DNA from: Candidatus Micrarchaeota archaeon
GTDB lineage: Archaea; Micrarchaeota; Micrarchaeia; Norongarragalinales; SBBD01
Assembly: GCA_043813365.1 (NCBI GenBank)
Contig: JBDRLB010000065.1
Location: forward strand, 1 to 22,932
Length of the DNA: 22,932 bases
Reading direction: 5' to 3'
How positions within the stretch are numbered: the first letter of the stretch is position 1; the number at the start of each line of letters is the position of its first letter. The notes below the pieces were generated by a model. It saw only the letters and a program-made list of their open reading frames with translations, did no database searches and had not been told where the DNA came from. Position numbers and translations under genes: made by a program. Positions 15,557-22,932 of the stretch are shown here, piece by piece.

Positions 15557-15934
15557 ATGTCAACTAAAGGCGCGAATTACGAGAGGCAGCTGAAGAAGAT
15601 GTTCGAGGCGAAGGGCTTCCTTGCAATGAGGGCTGCAGGGAGCGCGCACGACCATACTTCCCCCGATCTGCTGGTGCTTTCCTCGACGAAAAAGTTTGCG
15701 GTCGAGTGCAAGGCGTGGAATTCCGGCAACCTCTGGATTGAAAGGGAAAGGATGGATCTGATGAAGGAATTTGAAAAACGGACCGCGATACCTTACTACG
15801 TTGCGTGGAAGGTCTCTCGCGAGGAATGGAGGTTTTTCCCGCTTATTATGATGAAGGAAACGGAAAAAGCGTTCACACTCTCCGACAAGGAATTGAATTC
15901 GGGGATAAAATTCGAGGAGCTGATTCAAAAATAA
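15557..15934 (+). CDS. hjc: Holliday junction resolvase Hjc
   Basis: KGANYERQL...GFLAMRAAGS...PDLL...VECK. Confidence 0.93.
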   Translation: MSTKGANYERQLKKMFEAKGFLAMRAAGSAHDHTSPDLLVLSSTKKFAVECKAWNSGNLWIERERMDLMKEFEKRTAIPYYVAWKVSREEWRFFPLIMMKETEKAFTLSDKELNSGIKFEELIQK

Positions 15935-15943
15935 ACAAAGTAG

Positions 15944-16723
15944 TTAGTGGATGTATGTCAAGGGTTCCACTTTCCTTTGGGGATCGATTGCGCCGCCCAT
16001 CTGCTGCGATTCGCTCATTGCCTGCTGCTCTATCTTCTTTATCACTTCTTCCGTCTTCTTTGCCTTGCCTTCCAGCTCCTTCAAGTCGATTTTTTCTTTG
16101 AAAACCTTGGAGAGCATTTCCAGCAGAGTGGAAGCGCCCCGTGCATCGATCGCCTGCCCCTGCGTCTCAACTAAAAGGCACGAGCCCTTCACATCATAAA
16201 GCCTTGCGATCCCCGGCACGAGCCCTGCCATCCCCACAATGGGAATGACGGCATCGTTCTGCTTTGCGCCTTGTGAAAGGAAATACTTCAGGTGCGAGCG
16301 GCTGTTGGATGTGCAGTAAACTGCGGGCTTTTCTATCGCTTTCTTGTTGATCGCATAGCCTGCCATCGCTACAACCTCTGAGCCTCCGTAGCTTTTAAAG
16401 AAATTGATTATTTTTGAGGAGACCTCGTACTGCCCTTCTACGGTAAGTGGCTGCACGTCGCCTTTCAAAATGATGGCGTCCCTGCCCTTGAATTTCTTGT
16501 AGAAGAAGCGCATTGAAAAGAGCTTGAGATTGCCGGATTTCAATGCGACTACCTGGTTAGGGAAATTCGGCGAATAAAGCGTGGCAAAATGCTGCGCCTT
16601 GGAAGTCCTTACCAGATGGTCAGCCGCAAGCTTGCTCACGAATCCGATTCCTGGCAAACCAACTATCAAAATGGGGTTGCTGGGCTTGATTTCCCTCTTT
16701 ATGCGGATGTAGGATCCGGTCAT
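15944..16723 (-). CDS. PAC2-family proteasome assembly chaperone (COG2047-type)
   Basis: IVGLPGIGFVSKLAADHL...GDVQP...IVGMAGL...CLLVET; downstream of nop10; start uncertain (16723-16777). Confidence 0.9.
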   Translation of the reverse strand: MTGSYIRIKREIKPSNPILIVGLPGIGFVSKLAADHLVRTSKAQHFATLYSPNFPNQVVALKSGNLKLFSMRFFYKKFKGRDAIILKGDVQPLTVEGQYEVSSKIINFFKSYGGSEVVAMAGYAINKKAIEKPAVYCTSNSRSHLKYFLSQGAKQNDAVIPIVGMAGLVPGIARLYDVKGSCLLVETQGQAIDARGASTLLEMLSKVFKEKIDLKELEGKAKKTEEVIKKIEQQAMSESQQMGGAIDPQRKVEPLTYIH

Positions 16724-16843
16724 GTTCAGCTCTCCTGATGATGAATACTTCATTTGAATCAACCCCTCTGCAATCACTTAAGAAAATCGCGATTTATTAA
16801 ATTATCATTTAACTTATGGAAAGCAAGATTGCAAAACCCTGCA

Positions 16844-17008
16844 CTAAAAAAATTGCGGGTATAGCTCCTTTCTGCGGTAAAGCGCATACCGATCCTCCTT
16901 GGAATATTTTGCGGGGTGGGCCGACTGCGTTTTCCCGCCGCATTTCCCGCAGCTCCCCTCGAGCGCGTAAGCACCGCATTTCCTGCACACTTTCATCAAT
17001 GCGCCCAT
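16844..17008 (-). CDS. nop10: H/ACA RNP protein Nop10 (not in ORF track)
   Basis: Manual translation MGALMKVCRKCGAYALEGSCGKCGGKTQSAHPAKYSKEDRYALYRRKELYPQFF*. Confidence 0.95.
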   Translation of the reverse strand: MGALMKVCRKCGAYALEGSCGKCGGKTQSAHPAKYSKEDRYALYRRKELYPQFF

Positions 17009-17014
17009 CCGGAT

Positions 17015-17767
17015 CTACCCCTTGCTCCTTTCGATGGTAAAGTCAATCCCAGGCGAATCCGAGAGCGCCTTTTCCATCTTCGACACGATCTTGTCCACTT
17101 CCTTGAAATCCTTCACGATGAAATCCGCATAATAATTCGGCGCGCCGGTGTAGTGCACCCGTATTCCCTGGTGGATCTTCTGGATTTTCAGCAGGGCTGC
17201 ACGCACTTTCTCCAATCCGTCGCTGTCCATGGACGAAATTTTCATCTCCACCCTTGCGGTCAGAACTTTTTCCTTGATTTCCGCTTCCGCAACCTCCTTC
17301 AGCGGCCCTATCCAGGAAGGCGGTATCTTCTTGCTGACCTCCCCTTCCTTGATCTTTTCGAAAGCGGAGTAAAGGTCGCCGTATTCCGCAATCAGCAAAT
17401 CGCCGACCTCCTTCATGGAGTCGCGCAAATTCTTCTTGAGCCTTATTCCGGCCCTTTCAAGCAGTTTTTCGGCCCTCTTCCCCAACTGGAAGGATTCGAG
17501 CTTCTTCCTCCTATCGGATTCGCTGACCCTTTTCAAGCTCAAATCTATCTGGTGCTTGTCCGGGTCCAGGCGGGAGACTAATGCGATTATTTTCTGGCCT
17601 TCCTTGACGAAATCGCGGATGTTCTTCACCCATCCGGATGACACTTCGGAAACGTGGAGGAACGCTTCCATGCTGCCGTATTCCTCCAGGGTGCAGAACG
17701 CGCCGTAGGGCATGATCTTGGTGACATGCGCAATTACGAACTCGCCCAACTCAGGATAATTAGCCAA
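17015..17767 (-). CDS. eif2a: Translation initiation factor aIF2 alpha
   Basis: YPELGEFVI, S1 domain LHVSEVSSGWVKNIRD, IDLSLKRV, GAPNY; TTG start after GAGGT. Confidence 0.97.
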   Translation of the reverse strand: MANYPELGEFVIAHVTKIMPYGAFCTLEEYGSMEAFLHVSEVSSGWVKNIRDFVKEGQKIIALVSRLDPDKHQIDLSLKRVSESDRRKKLESFQLGKRAEKLLERAGIRLKKNLRDSMKEVGDLLIAEYGDLYSAFEKIKEGEVSKKIPPSWIGPLKEVAEAEIKEKVLTARVEMKISSMDSDGLEKVRAALLKIQKIHQGIRVHYTGAPNYYADFIVKDFKEVDKIVSKMEKALSDSPGIDFTIERSKG

Positions 17768-17785
17768 ACACTCTTACCTCGTTTT

Positions 17786-17950
17786 TTAGCTCAATACTTC
17801 GACGATGCGCGCATTCACTTTTGCCCTGCCGCCCCGGGGCGTTACCAGATCCCGGCTGCAGTGCTTGCACTTCCGATGCTGTTTCGAATCGCCATAAACG
17901 ATTTCGGAATCGCCACCGCATTCGCATTGTACTTTCAGGAACCTTGCCAT
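17786..17950 (-). CDS. rps27e: 30S ribosomal protein eS27 (not in ORF track)
   Basis: Manual translation MARFLKVQCECGGDSEIVYGDSKQHRKCKHCSRDLVTPRGGRAKVNARIVEVLS*. Confidence 0.95.
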   Translation of the reverse strand: MARFLKVQCECGGDSEIVYGDSKQHRKCKHCSRDLVTPRGGRAKVNARIVEVLS

Positions 17951-17955
17951 TTTGA

Positions 17956-18243
17956 TCACTTCGCGATTTCAGATTTCTTCTTCATCCTTCCGGTCGTAAC
18001 AGTCTCGTGCTTCTTGTGGCACAAGCTGCATTCGAGCATCAGCTTGTTCCTTATGCCCTGCTTCTTCACCTTCGCCTTGCCCTTCACCTTCCCATGGAAG
18101 CCGGCAAGCTTCCTTTCATGCTTCCTTGTTCCCCACGCAAGCGTCCTTCCAGCCTTGTACTTGCTTGTGCTCACCTTTACCTTATGCACCTGATGCTTCC
18201 TGCAGTACGGGCAATACGTCCGGATCTCTTTTGGAACTATCAT
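17956..18243 (-). CDS. rpl44e: 50S ribosomal protein eL42 (L44e)
   Basis: MIVPKEIRTYCPYCRKHQVHKV...LECSLC. Confidence 0.96.
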   Translation of the reverse strand: MIVPKEIRTYCPYCRKHQVHKVKVSTSKYKAGRTLAWGTRKHERKLAGFHGKVKGKAKVKKQGIRNKLMLECSLCHKKHETVTTGRMKKKSEIAK

Positions 18244-18370
18244 ACTATTTACACCTTTGGAAAACAACCCTGCCGCTACCCTTCTAATCGGAAAATTAGA
18301 ACTCGCAGGTATTTGTTTTGAAGCGAAGAATTTAAATATTGTTGTTTGGTTCCGTTCGCTGGAGAATTGG

Positions 18371-20710
18371 TCATTTTTCGGGCTGGGGCTTCCTGTGCTT
18401 CTGTTCCCACTCCTTCATCCTTGCCTCGAGTTCCGATTTCCTCTTGTCGAGCGTGATCATCTGTGCCTCGTAATCCTGCTGCTTCATCAGCCCCTTCATC
18501 AGTTTGTATTTGAGCTCCTTCTGCTGTGCGGGAATCTTCTCGAGCTCCTTCCTGGCATTCTTGCCGAATGTGGCCTCCTTCCTATAAGATCTGACAACGG
18601 TGAAAGTGCCGAACATGGTAAGCACAATTGCCAGCAGGGAGGCGAACCAGAACACGTCCTCCTTCTGCCTGTCAACTACGATAATCCGCGCCACCCTTGC
18701 CCGCACCTTTATCGTGCCGGTCACGGGATCCTGCACCTTCTGGTAATTGACGGTAAAGACCCCTCCAGCCTTTTCGTTATTGCCAAGCTCAATCTGGAAA
18801 CTCCCGGAATCGCCTGTTGTTTCGCAGCGCAGGTTGGAGTTGCTGCCGTCGAATCCGGCACTGCACCTGCATTCCGCCGAATCCTCCTGGGGCCTGCACA
18901 TTATATAGCCGAGGTCTGCCTGGCTGTCCGTTACTATCGCAACCCTCACGACGTTAGTTGCTTCATCGGCTTCGGCAACGTATGTCATGGGGGAGATCGC
19001 ATTGCAGTTGTCGGTGCAGACGCCTCCTAACTCCGGGGCAAGGTCCACTTTTTTGGGCGCTTCCTCGGAAGCGACTGGCTGCGGCTCGGATGAGGAAATG
19101 AATTCCGGCAACTCCAGCAGGAGTTTCCCGGCAGGGTCCACAATCGCCCGGGAGGGGCCCGGGGATTGCTGCAATGACTTGCATGCATCCGGATTTTGGG
19201 TCCAGCCGATTGCAGCAGCAGTATTTGCGCAATACCAATCCTCCCGCATGCATTGCTTGGGTTCGGATGTGCATGCATCGGATTCCTCACAGTATAGGAT
19301 GGAATATTTGCAGCTGCCCGAAACAAGATCCGCGCATTTTCCTTCCACTTTCAGCACCTGCGATGAGCAATCGTCCGGGCATTTGGTATCTTCCGGAATA
19401 TAGCGGCAGCCATTGCTTTGCGGGTCGCATGCGGACTTGAGGCAGCCGCGGTCATTGCACGGCACTGTTTCTATTTGCCTGCATTCCCCATCCACCAGCC
19501 CGTATTTCAGGAATTCGTTGTTGCCTGAGCAACGGCTCATCAACGTGCAGCTTTCATTGGTGGGGAGCACGCGGGTGCGCACTGAAGTCGTAATGTTGTT
19601 GGTAATGTTCGCACCATAAATGACGACGTCCGCCAAATATTCTCCTTCGGTGAATTTCTCCGTATTCCATCCGATCTCCCATTGCAGCCTCTCGCGGGGC
19701 AATATCCAGATGCTTGTGTTTTTTACGAGTATGAAATTGTTAGTTACGGATGCAGGCAATGCGGGCGAGCGCACCTTGAAAATCACGCTGAACTTGATGC
19801 TCTGGTATCCCGTATTGAGGATTTCGGCCCTGAGCGACGCATTCTCCCCCCGCTTGATCAACGGCGGCACCAAAATCGTCAGGTTAAGGAATTCCGGGTT
19901 TTCAAGCTGGGAAGATGGCGAGGAGGATGCCTGTGCTGCTACGGAAGGCGATGCAGCTGCCGATACGCTGGGGGATGGGGAAACCAAATTGCCGCTGGAA
20001 GTGAGGGTCTGGAAGCTTCCCACATAATCCCAGCAGACTGTCGGATAATCGAGGCGGCAGGAACTTAGGAGGAAGAAATACGTAGTTGCGGGCATTAGGT
20101 TCACCAATGCCGCAGTTGGCGAATTGGTCAGGCCGATGTCCCTCCTGTACGCATATGCCGTACTGGGGCCATACCTTACCGAGTTGTTGAGCACAGCTGC
20201 CGTATTTTCCGGCAATTCAGTCAACCATGAGATTACCGCGGATGTTGCATATTGCTCGATGCTAACGTTCCGAATTATTGGGGGTGCAACAGATGGAGCA
20301 GGCGATATTTGCACGGATGGGGAGGGGTAAATGGAAGGAGACGGTTGGGCTCCCGAGGTGGTTATTTCAACGGTGGCAGATGTTCCGCCTTGGCTGTTCA
20401 AACAGAAGCCGGTGGTGCCGCCCATATATGCGACCCGTGCTTGTAATACACGAGTGCCTGGCGCGGGGAAATTCCATATTAAAGTATCGGGGCTGCAGGT
20501 GTAAGCAGTTTTGGATGCGACCTCGGTCCCGTCGATATAATAGCGTATTTCGGATGGGTAGTTGGTGGGCTCGCACGTGAAATCTATGCCGAAATGGATT
20601 ATTTCCCCAATAACTCCCGAATATGCGTCCTGCGAATACCTGCATGAGGAAGCGGACGCGAACGAAATCAGCAACAACGACACAAGCCCGAAGGTGGCAG
20701 CAATTTTCAT
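18371..20710 (-). CDS. Large cell-surface protein (Ig/FN3-like domains, Cys-rich region, C-terminal TM)
   Basis: Signal peptide; SAVISWLT...VRYG...LMPATTYFF FN3-like; Ser/Pro linkers; about 20 clustered Cys; TM followed by a charged tail. Confidence 0.85.
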   Translation of the reverse strand: MKIAATFGLVSLLLISFASASSCRYSQDAYSGVIGEIIHFGIDFTCEPTNYPSEIRYYIDGTEVASKTAYTCSPDTLIWNFPAPGTRVLQARVAYMGGTTGFCLNSQGGTSATVEITTSGAQPSPSIYPSPSVQISPAPSVAPPIIRNVSIEQYATSAVISWLTELPENTAAVLNNSVRYGPSTAYAYRRDIGLTNSPTAALVNLMPATTYFFLLSSCRLDYPTVCWDYVGSFQTLTSSGNLVSPSPSVSAAASPSVAAQASSSPSSQLENPEFLNLTILVPPLIKRGENASLRAEILNTGYQSIKFSVIFKVRSPALPASVTNNFILVKNTSIWILPRERLQWEIGWNTEKFTEGEYLADVVIYGANITNNITTSVRTRVLPTNESCTLMSRCSGNNEFLKYGLVDGECRQIETVPCNDRGCLKSACDPQSNGCRYIPEDTKCPDDCSSQVLKVEGKCADLVSGSCKYSILYCEESDACTSEPKQCMREDWYCANTAAAIGWTQNPDACKSLQQSPGPSRAIVDPAGKLLLELPEFISSSEPQPVASEEAPKKVDLAPELGGVCTDNCNAISPMTYVAEADEATNVVRVAIVTDSQADLGYIMCRPQEDSAECRCSAGFDGSNSNLRCETTGDSGSFQIELGNNEKAGGVFTVNYQKVQDPVTGTIKVRARVARIIVVDRQKEDVFWFASLLAIVLTMFGTFTVVRSYRKEATFGKNARKELEKIPAQQKELKYKLMKGLMKQQDYEAQMITLDKRKSELEARMKEWEQKHRKPQPEK

Positions 20711-20759
20711 GTTAAGGATTAATTTTTATCCCAATATAAACGTTTAGAATTCGGGTGTT

Positions 20760-21419
20760 TTAGTTTATGAAAACCGTATCCGCTTCTTTCCTCCGTTCGG
20801 AAGGGAGCTCCTCCGTTTCCTCCAGCTCCTTTGAAGGGATGCTTTCGGCAGTGGCTTCCTGCGCGCTGAGTTCCGCAATCCCCTTCTTCACGAGGAATTC
20901 GCCGATCTTCTCGTCGATGCTGACCTTCTGCGATTGCGAATAAGGCCCGTAGGTGACCCCGTCTGGTGCGACGAATTTGCCCATCGCCGCAAGCATCCTA
21001 ATTGATAGCAATTTTTGCTGCAGCTTTTCCATCTCCTTCCTCTCCTCCCTCATTTCCGGCCTCTTCTCCGAGAATTGAACGACGGATCCCTCGAATTCCC
21101 TCGAGGAAGCGAGGATTTTCAAATAGTATGCTTTTTCCTCCTTGCTCAATCCGGAGGTGTCAATGGAATTGTTGCGCATGTCCTTGAGCGATTTCAGCAT
21201 GATCTTCTGCTCCCTCTTTCCGCTGATCTCCTCTATTATTTTCTTCGCATTCTCATACGCCTTCAGGGTCTCGATGTTGAAACCCTGCTGCAAAAGCCTT
21301 TTCTGCTCCATGATCCAGAGGTTGTATTTCTCGTAGAAATCCTCCTCCACTGCAGAAAGTGCGCCGAAGTTCCTCTCCTGCAGCTGGATTTTCCTCAGAG
21401 CATCGTATGATATTTCCAT
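20760..21419 (-). CDS. GINS15 (Gins51) replication factor
   Basis: YDALRKIQLQER...LSAVEEDFY...KREQKI...LSKEEK, B-domain FVAPDGVTYGPY; upstream of the rpl44e cluster. Confidence 0.88.
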   Translation of the reverse strand: MEISYDALRKIQLQERNFGALSAVEEDFYEKYNLWIMEQKRLLQQGFNIETLKAYENAKKIIEEISGKREQKIMLKSLKDMRNNSIDTSGLSKEEKAYYLKILASSREFEGSVVQFSEKRPEMREERKEMEKLQQKLLSIRMLAAMGKFVAPDGVTYGPYSQSQKVSIDEKIGEFLVKKGIAELSAQEATAESIPSKELEETEELPSERRKEADTVFIN

Positions 21420-21567
21420 GCGTACACCCGTTTTCCCCACCAATTATAGCGCAAAACACTTTTTATGGCGTGCGGGTAGGGATCATTTCCGAAAAATCCG
21501 CCATATAATAAACAATTTGGGCAATTATTGATTTTTTCTAACCCGCTTTTCCTATAGAGCTGCTCCC

Positions 21568-22524
21568 TCACTCATCTTCCTTTTTGTCTGAATTTTTTCC
21601 CTTGTCAAGTGCTTCCCTTTGCTTCTCAAAGTACGCCTGCTTCAGCTTCTCGATGATGTCTTCGTAATTCTTCCCCTGCTCCTTCTTGTCCGGGGAGATG
21701 GTCGAGGCGATGTTGCTTGCAAGCCTCGAAAGCTCAAGCGGGAAAATAATCTTGTTGCTCCTTCCTTCCGAAACTTTCTTGAGCGCATCCAAGTATAGGT
21801 AGGTCATCGTCTTGTCGCTCAGTTTGCTTGCAGCCTTGTCAATGGTTTCGAGCGCGACCTGCCTTGCGGATGCCTCGATCTCAACTTTTTCCTTGAATTC
21901 CTTTGCGGACCTCGCCTTTGTGCGTGCCTCCACAAGCAACGGAGGAAGTTCTATTGATTCCAGTTCCACTCTCAGCACTACGAATCCCCAATCTTCCTCC
22001 ACTTCCTTCAGCTTGCCGAAAAGGTACTCGTTGATCTGCTCGGTTTCCTCGATCACTTCATCTAGGTCCATTTTCCCCATGGTCAGCCTGATCTCTCCTT
22101 GCAATAGCTTTATGATTGCATTGTTGAGGTTCCTTACCTCCAGCACCACTTTTTTCGGGTTCGTGACGCGGATGAACGAAACAATGTCCACCTTCACTTT
22201 TACGTCGTCCTTGGTCTGCACTTCCTGCGGGTTCGTATCCAAAGTCTGGACGCGCATATCTACAACTGTAAATTTCTCAAATGCGGGGAAGATGAGCGAC
22301 CAGCCGGGGCCGACTGTGCGGTCGTATTTTCCCAGCCGGAGCACGACCGAGCGCTCATACTGCTTGAATTCATACACTCTCGGCAGCATGAAAAGCAGCA
22401 AAATTATTATTCCGGCGATCCCCAGCACTTCATCCCCCTGCAGTTTCGCGGTAGTTGCGACGTAAACCGCGCCCGCAATCAGCAAAAGGATTACCAGGAA
22501 AACGACTATCTCGCGCCCCGCCAT
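21568..22524 (-). CDS. SPFH/band 7 (stomatin-like) membrane protein
   Basis: QYERSVVLRLGK...VDMRVQT...TKDDVKV...KIIFPLEL; two N-terminal TM helices. Confidence 0.93.
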   Translation of the reverse strand: MAGREIVVFLVILLLIAGAVYVATTAKLQGDEVLGIAGIIILLLFMLPRVYEFKQYERSVVLRLGKYDRTVGPGWSLIFPAFEKFTVVDMRVQTLDTNPQEVQTKDDVKVKVDIVSFIRVTNPKKVVLEVRNLNNAIIKLLQGEIRLTMGKMDLDEVIEETEQINEYLFGKLKEVEEDWGFVVLRVELESIELPPLLVEARTKARSAKEFKEKVEIEASARQVALETIDKAASKLSDKTMTYLYLDALKKVSEGRSNKIIFPLELSRLASNIASTISPDKKEQGKNYEDIIEKLKQAYFEKQREALDKGKNSDKKEDE

Positions 22525-22533
22525 TTTTTCCAC

Positions 22534-22932
22534 CTACTTGGAGAACTCTTCGATCCACTGGATTTTCCCGATATCCGGGATGAATTGCAGTGCTGCCTGA
22601 ATAATTGAGTACTTGCCCTGTAAATAGTTTTCCTTTTTCATGGTTTCCTGGGGAGCAATAATTTGCACCCCTTCGGGGATTGCTTTCGCCTTGATGCCCG
22701 CATCGAGCTGTTCCTCAAGGAGCGCATTTATCTTCCCTTCTTTCGCCTCGATCCTTTCGAGCACCTTGAATTTGTACATGACGTCTTTCCCGGCAAGCTC
22801 GTGGTTCAAATCCACCTGCACCCTTCCGCCTGAAATGCTCAGCACCTTCCCCCGCTGGCCGTCCATATCGACCACCATCCCTGCCTGGGGGCTGATTTTT
22901 GCCTCCTCAAACTTCTTCTGCGGTAAAAGCAC
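22534..22932 (-). CDS. Long-type archaeal FKBP peptidyl-prolyl isomerase, C-terminal part (5' end outside window)
   Basis: GKVLSISGGRVQVDLNHELAGKDVMYKFKV...WIEEF. Confidence 0.92.
   Translation of the reverse strand: MLLPQKKFEEAKISPQAGMVVDMDGQRGKVLSISGGRVQVDLNHELAGKDVMYKFKVLERIEAKEGKINALLEEQLDAGIKAKAIPEGVQIIAPQETMKKENYLQGKYSIIQAALQFIPDIGKIQWIEEFSK

Noticed and set aside
16725..16777. Possible C/D box sRNA on the minus strand (GTGATTG..TTGA..ATGAAGT..CTGA)
   Set aside because: Boxes are degenerate and guide lengths (8 and 17 nt) are atypical; may simply be the PAC2 5' region.
21464..21546. Inverted repeats TATGGCG/CGCCATA and GCGGGT/ACCCGC upstream of GINS15
   Set aside because: Short stems with no recognisable RNA family; insufficient support.

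Overview
Archaeal chromosomal window, probably DPANN and Micrarchaeota-like (inferred from short RpoD, multi-intron tRNAs and gene style). It is mostly core informational clusters: (i) tRNA-Ser–rps13–rps4–rps11–rpoD–DUF167–tRNA-Leu–rpl18e–rpl13–rps9–Zn-ribbon ORF–rpoN on the minus strand; (ii) rpl15e–unknown–rpp30; (iii) rpl30e–nusA–rps12–rps7; (iv) GINS15–large surface protein–rpl44e–rps27e–aIF2alpha–nop10–PAC2, plus hjc, archease, bud32, an SPFH gene and a partial FKBP gene. Accessory material includes the 3' end of an IS200-like TnpA with its terminal hairpin and an island after rps7 (convergent PIN and RHH genes, a membrane protein, a hisE remnant, an AAA_14/DUF4143 ATPase). The most notable features are absent from the ORF track. 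Two tRNA genes, Leu-GAG and Ser-GGA, each carry two BHB-type introns. The DUF167 CDS runs into tRNA-Leu and stops inside its D-loop intron. A small palindromic element occurs both in a tRNA-Leu intron and, inverted, in the tRNA-Ser 5' leader. All calls are by eye; no searches were run.
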